Positions 18,692 to 28,506 of a DNA stretch of 64,000 nt are shown in pieces. A model generated the notes under the pieces. The model did not search any database, was not told the origin of the DNA, and saw only the letters and a list, made by a program, of their open reading frames with translations. A program made the position numbers and the translations under genes. Every line of letters begins with the position of its first letter. The first letter of the stretch is position 1. This DNA comes from Candidatus Poseidoniaceae archaeon (GTDB taxonomy: Archaea; Thermoplasmatota; Poseidoniia; Poseidoniales; Poseidoniaceae), in assembly GCA_049438185.1 (NCBI GenBank), contig JBMTJI010000005.1:2316-66315 (forward strand), given 5' to 3'.

Positions 18692-19482
18692 TCCTCACCC
18701 TCCATATCTTCTGGCTGCTTAAACAATGAATTCGCCGTATCGACCAAATCATCGATGTGTTTGCACAAGAATGAACGTACGAAATCATTGGCAGGGTTGT
18801 GGTAAGCTTCCAACGGCGCACAATGTTGTTGCAATTCACCCTTTTCGAGGATTGCAATTCGATCAGCAAGCGTCATTGCTTCGATTTGATCGTGGGTTAC
18901 ATAGATCGTTGTAGTACCAAGTTCGTCGTGCAGACGTCGAATCTCTTGTCGCATTTGATGCCGTAACTCTGCGTCCAAATTTGAGAGAGGTTCGTCCATG
19001 AGGAGAACCTTCGGTCGTCGTACCAATGCTCGTCCAAGCGCAACTCTCTGACGCTGACCTCCACTGAGTTCCTTCGGTTTCTTCCCAAGATGTTCACTGA
19101 GTTCAAGGAGGGTTGAAATCTCATCGACACGGGACGATATTTCATCCTCAGGCAACTTGTTTTCTCCTTTCATCATCCTTAGCCCGAAGGAGAGATTGTC
19201 GCGAATCGACATGTGAGGATACAATGCATAGGATTGGAACACCATACCCAAACCTCGAGCGCCAGCGGGGAGATGATTGACTTTCATTCCATCGATAAGG
19301 ATACTACCCCCTGTCACTTCTTCCAGGCCTGCAAGCATTCGAAGTGTGGTTGACTTACCACAACCTGATGGTCCCAAGAGAACCAAGAATTCCTTGTCCT
19401 TGATGTCAAGATTCAGATTTCTGACAGCATGAAATCCGTCATCGTATCGCTTGTTTACTTCTTCAAATTGTACGTTCACCAT
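18688..19482 (-). CDS. ABC transporter ATP-binding protein (MalK/UgpC-like, without C-terminal regulatory domain)
   Basis: Walker A GPSGCGKST, signature LSGGQRQR, Walker B LLMDEPLSNLD. Track start 19503 is GTG. ATG at 19482 (MVNVQFEEVNKRY) is preferred. Confidence 0.8.
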   Translation of the reverse strand: MVNVQFEEVNKRYDDGFHAVRNLNLDIKDKEFLVLLGPSGCGKSTTLRMLAGLEEVTGGSILIDGMKVNHLPAGARGLGMVFQSYALYPHMSIRDNLSFGLRMMKGENKLPEDEISSRVDEISTLLELSEHLGKKPKELSGGQRQRVALGRALVRRPKVLLMDEPLSNLDAELRHQMRQEIRRLHDELGTTTIYVTHDQIEAMTLADRIAILEKGELQQHCAPLEAYHNPANDFVRSFLCKHIDDLVDTANSLFKQPEDMEGEE

Positions 19483-19486
19483 GTTC

Positions 19487-20734
19487 TCACCCTTTGACGC
19501 CACCTGCGGATAATCCGTCGATCAAAAATTTCTGGAAGAAGAGGAAGAGCAAGGCCACTGGCAGACTGACCAACAGACTTGCGGCCGCAAAATCACCCCA
19601 CGCTTGTCCTGTTGAAGAGATAAGTGAAGCCAATCCAACTGGGAGCGTGTACATGTCGTTTGATGTGTTGAAGGTTAGCGCCAATAAGAATTCATTCCAA
19701 GCAGCCAAGAAACTGAACAGTGCCGTCACAGCGATTGCGGGCGTGGACAACGGTAGGACGACTCTGGTGAACACTTGGAATTGGTTGCATCCATCAAGAG
19801 CAGCAGCCTCTTCAAGTTCTCGTGGTATAGTGTCGAAGAATCCTTTCAACATCCAAACACAGAGAGGTAATGCTGTAACACAATAGGCTAGAATGAGCCC
19901 TAAATGTGAGTTGAGCAAACCGAGGGTCTTCATCACCAAGAAATATGGAACGAGAATAATCACGCCAGGGAACATCTGCACGAGAAGGAACGAGAACATC
20001 GAAACATCACGTCCAGTAAACTTGTAGCGACTAAATGCATATCCAGCAGGAATAGCGATAAACAATCCAAGCAGGGCCGTTCCGATACTCACAATCAGGG
20101 AATTCGTTAACCATGTCCAGAACGAATCACCGTTGAGAATTTTTGAGAAGTGTTCTGTGGTGAATGAATCACCGATTTGTCCGCCGAGAGCATTTCCTTC
20201 CGAGAAGGCAATATCAACAATCCAGATCAAAGGAATGACGGTAATGGCAACAAAGTGAAGGAGCGTAAGGTGAGTGGATGTAGCATGGAATATCTTGCTT
20301 AGATTTGCATTTCGCATCAAACCGTATTCGATCGCAGAATCCGATAGTTTCCTTGACGTCCATACCGTAACAGGCCGCCCCGATAACCAATACAAGGTCA
20401 AGCCTGACGGCAGGATGCTCCAACAATGGATCCAGATGTTGAAAACCGTCACTTCAATGCGTAAGAGTCGATAAACGCCAATTCCAAGCAACATTGCACT
20501 CAGCACCAAGCAACTGTTTCGACGCAGGTGATCGTTGACATTGGGAAGGGATGCGCGAAGCGCTGCAAACAAAGCACAAGTGAGTATTCCAAGGAGAAGC
20601 AGATCGGACTCCGCACGGAGATAATCCACTGTGAGGAGAAGGACGTTGATGAGGAAAGCTGCGACAAGCCAACGTCTCAACATGACGATTTCAATAGGCA
20701 CATACCACCAACGCATGTCCTCTGAATTGGTCAT
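19487..20734 (-). CDS. Carbohydrate ABC transporter permease (MalG-like) with N-terminal extension
   Basis: Contains the permease EAA-loop region EEAAALDGCNQFQVFTRVVLP. An ATG at 20734 gives an ATGA overlap with the upstream fusion gene stop. The track start 20815 would overlap it by 85 nt. Confidence 0.7.
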   Translation of the reverse strand: MTNSEDMRWWYVPIEIVMLRRWLVAAFLINVLLLTVDYLRAESDLLLLGILTCALFAALRASLPNVNDHLRRNSCLVLSAMLLGIGVYRLLRIEVTVFNIWIHCWSILPSGLTLYWLSGRPVTVWTSRKLSDSAIEYGLMRNANLSKIFHATSTHLTLLHFVAITVIPLIWIVDIAFSEGNALGGQIGDSFTTEHFSKILNGDSFWTWLTNSLIVSIGTALLGLFIAIPAGYAFSRYKFTGRDVSMFSFLLVQMFPGVIILVPYFLVMKTLGLLNSHLGLILAYCVTALPLCVWMLKGFFDTIPRELEEAAALDGCNQFQVFTRVVLPLSTPAIAVTALFSFLAAWNEFLLALTFNTSNDMYTLPVGLASLISSTGQAWGDFAAASLLVSLPVALLFLFFQKFLIDGLSAGGVKG

Positions 20735-23352
20735 CGCACCGCCTCCGTAGCATTGGTTTGTTTCATGTATCGCCAAGAGAAGGCAAACAACATCATGAAG
20801 ATGATGACCGACCAAGCGGCAGCCACTCCGTAAGCGCCTTCTCTAAAGGCTACATCATACACATATGTGATCAAAATATCCGTTTGACCAGGCTCACCAA
20901 AGTAGAGATTTGGGCCTCCATCGGTCATCAAATAAATCACGTTGAACATGTTGAACGTCCAAATGAAACCGAGAAGCGTCAGAGGAATCAATGCACTGCG
21001 TAAATTTGGAAGTGTAAGATGCCGGAATGCAGTCCACCCCATGATTCCATCAATTTCAGCAGCTTCGTACATGTTCTTCGGAAGCGATTGTAATGCACCA
21101 CTAATGGACATCATCATGAAGGGAACGCCAAGCCAAATGTTGACAAGAATCACAATAATTTGAGCACCCGTTGGGTCGGAGAGGAAATCGATGTTGGTAC
21201 CCAAGAGATCGTTTACGAATCCATCAGGTTGGAACATCCCTCTCCATACGAGAACCGAGATGTACGAAGGAACAGCCCATGGCAGCAACAACAGTGTGCG
21301 GTACGCCATCTTCCCTTGAATTCGACTGCGATGCAAGAGGATCGCTAGGAAGAGTCCGATACCGATGTGCGCGGATACGTTGACGAAAGTCCAAACGAGT
21401 GTAAACAAGGTCACTCGCAGGAACCCATCAGAGGAAAACACCTCCCAGAAATTGTCCAAACCAATGAACGATTGATCCCCAAGTTGTGTCTGATTTGCAT
21501 CCGTAAAGGCAAGCCAGAACCCGTACAAGACGGGATAAAACGTGAGGATGGCTAAGGCAAGTAAAGCAGGTGCGACGTAGAAATGGGCAAGTTTGGAATT
21601 TGTTCGGCCAAGCCTTGTATCATTCCATTTTGCAAAACTCAACAAGGCGATTAAGGAGAGAACAATTGCACCAAGTGCGAACATGACTGGCGATGTATTG
21701 CCTGCTTGTGGTCGTTCATCGGCTACAGCTGTGCTTCCAGTTGTCGAATAGATCAGCACGCTGTCTGCAAAAACTTCGATTCGATGTTCTTGTTCAGGCA
21801 CCATGCCTGTAAGGTCGCATTGAATCAATTCTGTCGTTTGTGAAATGATTCGAACCTGTCCTTGTTGAAGCAACTCATCGAATCCATCAGTGCATGTATC
21901 GTACCCGAGAATTGTGCCATTGTTTGTAGATTCAAGTCGAATCTGGGTGTGCAAGGCTCCATCAACAAGGATGTCGTACAACGTGGCATTGGTCATCTGA
22001 AATTCGAGTGAAATTGTACGATATCCTTCTGTTAGGGGGTACGGTTCAGCACGAGAAATTGAATCCATTTGCTCCTGAAGTTGTTGGTTGGCACCTGACA
22101 ATGCTTCCTCAGTGGTGGCAATCTCCGAGTAAGCCTGTTCAAAGGCAGTTGACAGTGGGTCATAGACCAGCGACATCGCCCGAGTTGTTGGAGCCGGTGT
22201 TCCTTCTTTGGTTTGCTCGAGGAAACCTGAAAGCACCTCGTCTTCAGTGATTTCAGCATCGAACTCCAAAGCAACATGTGTTGGCATTGTGTACGTGTCA
22301 ACAGCGAATTCTTTCTGAACAGCCTCGGAAGAGAGCCATAGTGCAAGTTCGGTCGCTGCAACCTTGTTGGCACTTTGCTTGCTAACAGTCCAACCTTTGT
22401 AGGTTACAAGCGGTGACATTCGTTCTCCTGAGGTTTCAACCAGCGGCAACAAGGTTTGACCGATGTTTAAGCGACTTGCCTCATACGTAGCCCAATTCCA
22501 CGGGCCATCGAAAATCATCGCAGCTTTCGAGGAGATGAATTGGTTTTTCATGCCTTCAATCTGTGTCCCTGTAGCGACGACACCATGCTCCAACTCCAAA
22601 TCAAGCATCCATCGCATGGCTTCACTGGAACCGTTGGAGTTGAGGGTTGGTTCACCGTTTTCATCAAAAAGTGAGCCGCCGAATCCTTCCTGTATTGGGA
22701 ACCACCAATACGCAGTCTTGATTGGAATTGCAAGTCCTTGCACATCTTGGTAGGTCAATGATTCAGCGGCCTGGAGCAAATCTTGTTCCGTCCAAGTTTC
22801 ATCTGGATAAGCAAGACCTTGTGCATCAAACAATGCTTTGTTAAAGATTAACGAAAGACAATCTTGGCTTGCAGGTACGCCATACAACGAATCACCATAC
22901 CGCATGGCTTGCAATGCTCGCTCTTCGAACTGCGCCCTATCTTGTGGTGTAAGATGAGGACGTAGATCCTCCAGGAGTGGGAAGCCATCAACTCGAACCT
23001 CTCCAATTGCACCCAGTTGATCACTCGAGAGACGCATCAAATCAGGAGCTTGTCCCCCTTGAGCAGCCGTCATGAACAGTTGGTCTGCATTTCCAAATGG
23101 AACCATTGTCACATCAACGGTTATGTTTGGATGTGAAGATTCAAACGAATTGATTGCGTTCATGAACACTTCTTCTTCCTTACTTTCAGCCGCAAATGTA
23201 TGCCAAACCTCAAGTTCAATGATTCCATTTGAAGCGTTTTCTTCCAAATCTTGCTGGCTATTACCAAGGCAACCTGATAAGAAAATCATCGAAAAAAGGA
23301 CAATTGCAAGAAGTCGCTTCCGAGTGGAAGAACCCAGCATCATGCCCTTCAT
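20731..23352 (-). CDS. Fusion protein: lipoprotein-type carbohydrate substrate-binding protein (MalE-like) fused to ABC permease (MalF-like), 873 aa
   Basis: Signal/lipobox MKGMMLGSSTRKRLLAIVLFSMIFLSGCLG. The SBP domain runs to about aa 420. A roughly 130-aa middle domain is followed by a TM helix and a six-TM permease core with EAA-like region EAAEIDGIMGWTAFRHLTLP. It is a single uninterrupted ORF. Confidence 0.75.
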   Translation of the reverse strand: MKGMMLGSSTRKRLLAIVLFSMIFLSGCLGNSQQDLEENASNGIIELEVWHTFAAESKEEEVFMNAINSFESSHPNITVDVTMVPFGNADQLFMTAAQGGQAPDLMRLSSDQLGAIGEVRVDGFPLLEDLRPHLTPQDRAQFEERALQAMRYGDSLYGVPASQDCLSLIFNKALFDAQGLAYPDETWTEQDLLQAAESLTYQDVQGLAIPIKTAYWWFPIQEGFGGSLFDENGEPTLNSNGSSEAMRWMLDLELEHGVVATGTQIEGMKNQFISSKAAMIFDGPWNWATYEASRLNIGQTLLPLVETSGERMSPLVTYKGWTVSKQSANKVAATELALWLSSEAVQKEFAVDTYTMPTHVALEFDAEITEDEVLSGFLEQTKEGTPAPTTRAMSLVYDPLSTAFEQAYSEIATTEEALSGANQQLQEQMDSISRAEPYPLTEGYRTISLEFQMTNATLYDILVDGALHTQIRLESTNNGTILGYDTCTDGFDELLQQGQVRIISQTTELIQCDLTGMVPEQEHRIEVFADSVLIYSTTGSTAVADERPQAGNTSPVMFALGAIVLSLIALLSFAKWNDTRLGRTNSKLAHFYVAPALLALAILTFYPVLYGFWLAFTDANQTQLGDQSFIGLDNFWEVFSSDGFLRVTLFTLVWTFVNVSAHIGIGLFLAILLHRSRIQGKMAYRTLLLLPWAVPSYISVLVWRGMFQPDGFVNDLLGTNIDFLSDPTGAQIIVILVNIWLGVPFMMMSISGALQSLPKNMYEAAEIDGIMGWTAFRHLTLPNLRSALIPLTLLGFIWTFNMFNVIYLMTDGGPNLYFGEPGQTDILITYVYDVAFREGAYGVAAAWSVIIFMMLFAFSWRYMKQTNATEAVR

Positions 23353-23375
23353 GTTTCGGCCTTGAATTACGCCAA

Positions 23376-23381
23376 CTTAAA
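23376..23381 (-). promoter_or_regulatory. TATA-like TTTAAG element about 26 nt upstream of the malEF-like ATG (minus strand), in the 53-nt gap after truA
   Basis: Minus-strand reading is gtttaagttggcgtaattcaaggccgaaac followed by ATG. It is the only non-coding space upstream of the four-gene transporter/amylase operon. Confidence 0.25.
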
Positions 23382-23405
23382 CAGCACGGAGATGCATTGA
23401 TGCGT

Positions 23406-24326
23406 TCAACGTGAATTGTGATATGCAACTGGCAAGAGTCCTAATTGCATCCACTCAAGATAAAGCAAAGTCTTCATTTCCATTCGTGCGGCCTGACGCC
23501 ATCGTTTTCGCATGGTTCGTTCAGCCTCGCGACTTGGGATTGGAGCAGGGGAGAATCGACAATTGAGTTCACTGGATTCAGGTATTGGCGAATCCTTCCA
23601 CGCAACACCCCACAAGATCAACCAATCCGGTGGAGCAACTCCGAAATCGACCTCTCTGTCAGGCTCATCGATGGCTCGCTTCACATCCTCGGGAGATATT
23701 TCTCCCAATGCAAGAAGATGGAGCGCCATTGCCGTCCTTCGAACTTGGTTCCAAAGGAAGGCTTCCCCGATGATTTCGAATCCAACCGTTCGTCCGTTAA
23801 CGACCCAAGGTGTGCAGGAGAGGATGGTTCGAATCGGATTCTTTCCAGGCTCCAAACGAGCGAAATTTCTCGCATCGTAGGTTCCTTCAAACAGTTTCAA
23901 CCAATCGACAAAGACCTCACCAGGATCGTTCCAAAATTCAATCCCTTCCAGACGATAACGGTAGATTCGGTGCAAAGCCATTCGGGGGTTCCAATCCATT
24001 TCGACTTCTCGAACATCGAGGAATGAAATCTCATCAGGGAGCAAATCATCCACTGCACGAACAAACTTGCGCGGCGTGATGCTATCCCAAAGTGAACGAG
24101 CAACTCGGACGGTGCCTCCATTGAGCCGAACGTGAACACCTGCATCTGTGCGACTCGAGAGAACGAGGTTGTGTTCTTGTTCCTCTTTCGAGATCCACCC
24201 GAGTTTCTGGAAAGCATGGATGAGTTCACCTTGAACGGTGCGAACATCGGGTTGAATTTGGCTACCATGAAAGGCGTCACCAAGATAGCCAATTCGAAAA
24301 TGCAGACGGGTTTCTGCATCGGACAT
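23406..24326 (-). CDS. truA: tRNA pseudouridine(38-40) synthase TruA/Pus1-like
   Basis: N-terminus RIGYLGDAFHGSQIQ and the catalytic Asp region LSSRTDAGVHV. Confidence 0.8.
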   Translation of the reverse strand: MSDAETRLHFRIGYLGDAFHGSQIQPDVRTVQGELIHAFQKLGWISKEEQEHNLVLSSRTDAGVHVRLNGGTVRVARSLWDSITPRKFVRAVDDLLPDEISFLDVREVEMDWNPRMALHRIYRYRLEGIEFWNDPGEVFVDWLKLFEGTYDARNFARLEPGKNPIRTILSCTPWVVNGRTVGFEIIGEAFLWNQVRRTAMALHLLALGEISPEDVKRAIDEPDREVDFGVAPPDWLILWGVAWKDSPIPESSELNCRFSPAPIPSREAERTMRKRWRQAARMEMKTLLYLEWMQLGLLPVAYHNSR

Positions 24327-24335
24327 ACGTGAGCC

Positions 24336-24908
24336 TCAATCGTCTGAAGTTAGGATTTCTGCAGCTTCCTCAGGAGTGTAACCGAGTCCACCAACAGCCC
24401 AGACAAGTGCTTGCTTGACCCAAGGTTGAACCATTGGGTTTGCCTTTTCGGGGTCAATGACTTCAATCGTATCTACGATGTTTCGAGCAGCCATGTAGAG
24501 AACATCATCCGTTGGAATGTCTGCCATCTCGAGACGGCGGCTGTATCGCTGGAATTCTTTCACGGCTTGTGGGACGCGCCGACATTCGAGTGCAAAAGAA
24601 GCGAAATCGGCGATGTATTCGTCGTTTTCTTCATCGAGTTCCATGGCCTTTTTGTAAGCCATCATGATCTTTGTCCCAGGTACAACATCGTCTTGTTCTT
24701 CCATATTGAGCATGTTTGCAAATTCTGCATACGTGTGCTGAAGGACTGCATTGTCTCGGTTTGAGCGGAGTTTGCCGTCAAGGTTCTCAACCGCTCCTTT
24801 CAAATCACCTGCTCGGAACAATTCCATTGCATCTGCCATTACGTCGTCACTCATGGTTCTCTCACCAGTCCTACCAAAAATATGGGGTTCTTGAACACAA
24901 CGGTTCAT
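24336..24908 (-). CDS. Hypothetical acidic helical protein
   Basis: ORF with a 4-nt overlap to the next gene. No motif recognised. Confidence 0.4.
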   Translation of the reverse strand: MNRCVQEPHIFGRTGERTMSDDVMADAMELFRAGDLKGAVENLDGKLRSNRDNAVLQHTYAEFANMLNMEEQDDVVPGTKIMMAYKKAMELDEENDEYIADFASFALECRRVPQAVKEFQRYSRRLEMADIPTDDVLYMAARNIVDTIEVIDPEKANPMVQPWVKQALVWAVGGLGYTPEEAAEILTSDD

Positions 24909-25945
24909 TCTTGTCCTTGATTTTGTTGGGTTAGAATGTCTGCAAGGTTGTCCAACTTCGTGGATTGGCTGTGCTTTTTGTGCATTTCATTCAGCAGAGT
25001 CTTGGTATCTTCCCAACCTCGGATTTTGTAAAAACAATGTTTTGGATCTGGCCGTACTGTACGGATTGTTCGTTGGTAAAACATCAATGCAAAGAAGGAT
25101 TTGAGAAGACTCTTACCTGCTTTTTCAACGGAAGTATCGTTCTCTTTTTCCGGTAGGTTTGGAGAAATACCAACGCTACCTCCAACAGATTCTTCTACGA
25201 TTCCGACGCCAGAATCTGTAAGGATGGTGAGTGTTGCAAACCCAGTCATTGTTCCAAACGGTGTGCGTTCGACTTGAACTTCTGAAATTCGGTCAAACAA
25301 GATACGACGGTGAGCCCGACTTAGCAAGAAAGCATGCTTGAAGATGACAGCATTGCTTGTGATGGCGTAATCGAAACTTCGCTGATAGTAGAAGACCAAC
25401 GCCCAAAAGGTCAATGTGAGAGCCAATCCGGAAACAAGGAAATTGTACTTCAAACCAAGGAAAGGCTCTACATCTGCATCCGAGAACATATCACGAACAA
25501 GTGCAATGAGACCATCGAGCTGAATGAGAACCGGAAGGAAGGTTGCGAGAAGCAGCCAAACAGTAACCCACTTCCCAGAGGTTGACGTGTTCATCATGCG
25601 GTTTGTCCATGTAATGGTTGCCATGACCAAGACGAACCCAAACGGAAGTTTGGATCCACCCAATTCCATGACCCAAACAAGAAATTTAGCAACGCCTCCA
25701 GATTCGTCGTTGAGAAGTGAGTCTGGCTTCCAAAACAGCATGTGGACGCCGAAAACGATCAAACCAAGAGCATACATTCCCATGAATCCAACTGGACTTG
25801 GTGATTTCGTGAGAAGAACTTCTTCGCCTTCGATGAGCTTAAATCGGTTTTTCATAGCTTCATCATTGGATGCTTCCGCTGTTTTTTCGGCTACTTCAGA
25901 TTCAGTATTTACGACTTCGTCGGCTTGAATTTCTTCGTCACTCAT
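24905..25945 (-). CDS. Membrane protein with bacterial-PH-like (DUF304/YdbS-type) domains, function unknown
   Basis: Several TM hairpins alternate with EGEEVLL-type segments. Track start at 25972 is GTG. ATGs are at 25969 and 25945. Confidence 0.4.
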   Translation of the reverse strand: MSDEEIQADEVVNTESEVAEKTAEASNDEAMKNRFKLIEGEEVLLTKSPSPVGFMGMYALGLIVFGVHMLFWKPDSLLNDESGGVAKFLVWVMELGGSKLPFGFVLVMATITWTNRMMNTSTSGKWVTVWLLLATFLPVLIQLDGLIALVRDMFSDADVEPFLGLKYNFLVSGLALTLTFWALVFYYQRSFDYAITSNAVIFKHAFLLSRAHRRILFDRISEVQVERTPFGTMTGFATLTILTDSGVGIVEESVGGSVGISPNLPEKENDTSVEKAGKSLLKSFFALMFYQRTIRTVRPDPKHCFYKIRGWEDTKTLLNEMHKKHSQSTKLDNLADILTQQNQGQE

Positions 25946-26023
25946 GCCCTTGCACCAAGGGGTTCTCATCACACAAGCACATAAGCCCTTTGCCGTTTCA
26001 GTTCTTGAAACTGTATCATATGG

Positions 26024-27160
26024 CTAGTGCAACAAACCCCAACTGTGCTCTGCGTTACCGCGAATCCAATCGTACATGCCCTCTTTCCTCACGCCATGCT
26101 CATCCGTTATCACCAAGGACTCGACTTCGAGTGGATATTCGTTGTAGGTGAGATGCGACCATACTCCACCGCGTGTAGGTTGGTGAAAATCCCAATACGC
26201 ACGAGCAACCGCTCGGACTGTAAGCCGTATTGATGTTCTGCCATTTTTCAATTCCACGTGAAATCGTGGAAGATTGTTGGCTTGACGATCTTTTTCTACG
26301 CTCACACGCTTGAACCGCTCGCTTCTTCCATGTATCGCATCGTGAAAGAGGCCACCCTGACTTACTGCGATATGGCTAACATCTCTGCGTTTCCATTCTC
26401 GCTGATCTCGACTAAGAATGGTCGTTGAAAGATGCGGCAGAAACCAATCGAGATAGGAACCATCAGAGAAATGAAGAACACCCCAATACCATGGGACACT
26501 TGGAGCTTGCACGCATACTTTCTGAAAGTAGGCTGTTCCATTTACGTCCTCACCATCGATCGTTCCCGCAACCCTTGTCCCATGAAGTCGAAGGATATCG
26601 TAGCCCAATGAACCGAGATAGGTTGCCGTTGCTTCTCTTGCGGTCGACATGGCTGGATTCCAAGGTGTCATCTTTAATCGAACCGATTGAATTGCATCAT
26701 GTTCCAAATCCAAATTGAGCCAGAACTGTGAACGATCAGGAAGCATCCCCATCGAACAATCTCCCTCGAGCATCGGGACGACCGCTCCACCCCCCTGGCC
26801 TTCTCGACCAGGCCATGAGGAATGGTTGGATGGGACAACGACCATGTCACAAACCTTGGCAATGATCTCATCATGCATCATCGAACCATCAAACCACCAA
26901 GCACAGACCATTCCATCGATTTGAATCGCACCCTCCTCGTCAAATCCTGGCGTTCCTTTTGGTTTCCATTCAACATCATTGATGTGAACGATGTCGTTTT
27001 CCTTGGTCGACCAAAGTACCATCAATTGTTTCCCTGCCATGGGGTGTTCGTCGTCATCAAGCATGACGAGCCACCACCACCAATCCCACGTGAGGTGTTC
27101 AATCGGTGGACGTTGGTTTAATGTCCACAACGTTGAGAAGTCTCCGGCAAATGAATCCAT
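26024..27160 (-). CDS. Trp-rich soluble protein of unknown function, last gene of the ABC-2 operon
   Basis: Contains WDWWWWLVMLDDDEHP and many W/H residues. ATG at 27160 lies 8 nt after the upstream stop and is preceded by GAGGG. The track start at 27382 is GTG and runs through the permease gene. Confidence 0.5.
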   Translation of the reverse strand: MDSFAGDFSTLWTLNQRPPIEHLTWDWWWWLVMLDDDEHPMAGKQLMVLWSTKENDIVHINDVEWKPKGTPGFDEEGAIQIDGMVCAWWFDGSMMHDEIIAKVCDMVVVPSNHSSWPGREGQGGGAVVPMLEGDCSMGMLPDRSQFWLNLDLEHDAIQSVRLKMTPWNPAMSTAREATATYLGSLGYDILRLHGTRVAGTIDGEDVNGTAYFQKVCVQAPSVPWYWGVLHFSDGSYLDWFLPHLSTTILSRDQREWKRRDVSHIAVSQGGLFHDAIHGRSERFKRVSVEKDRQANNLPRFHVELKNGRTSIRLTVRAVARAYWDFHQPTRGGVWSHLTYNEYPLEVESLVITDEHGVRKEGMYDWIRGNAEHSWGLLH

Positions 27161-27168
27161 CTCATCCC

Positions 27169-28506
27169 TCACACAATCTCTTTCGATTTGAAAATTAGTT
27201 GACCTATGAACCAAAAGAACAAGGCCTGGAGAAGTAAGACAACGATTGAAACCACGGAGGTCGCATATGGTCCCATGCCGAGGCCAAGGTCGGATTGAGC
27301 CCATTCCAATGCACTGTACCCAGGCAATTCGTTCCCGCCGAATAAGAAGAACGACCCGTCGTTGTTGGAACCACCAGCCCACGAACCTGCTTCGGTAAAC
27401 ATCGCCATATCAGGCCAGACAAGATATGCACCTGAATCAATGATGCTCATCGACCATCCAACAACCGACATTCGAAGAAAACTCGATTCAGGCACAGACA
27501 TTGAGAGAAGAGCCATTCCGAGTTCCCATGCTGCGATTGGGAGCGCGAGGATAATTCCGTATTTCCACAAGACGCCTAAGAAAGCAAACAGCATACCATA
27601 CACAAGCGTTGCGAGTAGTGCCGCTATCAGTATCGAAAACCAAACACCAAGATCTGCAAATCTGAAGAATTGATCTCCCGGCCCCATGAATCCCGAAATC
27701 AGAGCGAGCATGGAACAAACCACAAGGATGTACGGCCAAACGATGGCGAGATATCCAAGCATTCGGTAGAGGAAAATTTCACCTCTGGCGATTGGTTTTG
27801 CAGTCATGTACTGCATGGTACCCGATGTCATCTCGTCTCGAATCAAGCCAGTTGCGAGGAACAGAGGGATGAAGATACTCAAGAGAAAGACAAATCCTAA
27901 TTTTCCGATTCCAAGGATAAACGCTCGATGTTGGGCTTCCTTACCGTATCGTTCCTCATCGGGGTCTTCATCGACGTTTGGATCAGCAGCAACAACATAC
28001 GTACCACTGATTGCATCGTACGACAAGATGATGTTGCACGGAATGCCATCGCCGTTGGCGTCTTGCTGACTCGGCAGCAAGGATGTTCCCGTACAATCTC
28101 CGTCATTATCAAATCCGGTTTTGACTGTTGATGCATCCGAATAATCCCAATCGTAATCGTCTTCGTTGATGTACATTGATGCCGGTTCTGGCTCGATTGG
28201 AGGTGTCAATAAACCGGGATGGGAAAAGGCATCGTAGATGTCAGTACCATACTTGAATTCTTGACCATTGACATATCCATCCCCATCCCAATCGAACGAA
28301 TCACCATCGTTATCGACCGCTTCAATTTCAGTATTCATGGCATCGATATAGAAAAGAAGCACAACGGAGATGGCGAGGAATCCAACACCCAATACAACCC
28401 ATGTTGACAGACGGGTTCGATACTGTCGCATTGTAAATTCAGCGATTGCTGTTGCCTTACGATCGAGAGAAGTCCAAATGGTCTCCCCGCGTTTTTTCTC
28501 CATCAT
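27169..28506 (-). CDS. ABC-2 family permease with a large extracytoplasmic domain carrying DxDxDG Ca-binding loops
   Basis: N-terminal TM, then an extracytoplasmic domain with DNDGDSFDWDGDGYVNGQEF, DNDGDCTG and DANGDGIPCN loops, then 5-6 C-terminal TM helices. 4-nt overlaps on both sides. Confidence 0.65.
   Translation of the reverse strand: MMEKKRGETIWTSLDRKATAIAEFTMRQYRTRLSTWVVLGVGFLAISVVLLFYIDAMNTEIEAVDNDGDSFDWDGDGYVNGQEFKYGTDIYDAFSHPGLLTPPIEPEPASMYINEDDYDWDYSDASTVKTGFDNDGDCTGTSLLPSQQDANGDGIPCNIILSYDAISGTYVVAADPNVDEDPDEERYGKEAQHRAFILGIGKLGFVFLLSIFIPLFLATGLIRDEMTSGTMQYMTAKPIARGEIFLYRMLGYLAIVWPYILVVCSMLALISGFMGPGDQFFRFADLGVWFSILIAALLATLVYGMLFAFLGVLWKYGIILALPIAAWELGMALLSMSVPESSFLRMSVVGWSMSIIDSGAYLVWPDMAMFTEAGSWAGGSNNDGSFFLFGGNELPGYSALEWAQSDLGLGMGPYATSVVSIVVLLLQALFFWFIGQLIFKSKEIV

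Noticed and set aside
20735-20815. N-terminal extension of the MalG-like permease overlapping the fusion gene by 85 nt
   Set aside because: ATG at 20734 forms a classic ATGA stop/start overlap. The remaining extra N-terminal TM helices still need explanation but are upstream-independent.
24336-25972. Possible toxin-antitoxin or regulatory pair from two overlapping small or medium genes
   Set aside because: Sizes (190 and about 347 aa), membrane topology of the second and lack of nuclease or DNA-binding motifs argue against it. They are kept as hypothetical proteins.
27161-27382. N-terminal 74-aa extension of the Trp-rich protein (GTG start) overlapping the ABC-2 permease
   Set aside because: An ATG at 27160 with a GAGGG spacer right after the permease stop is a far better start.
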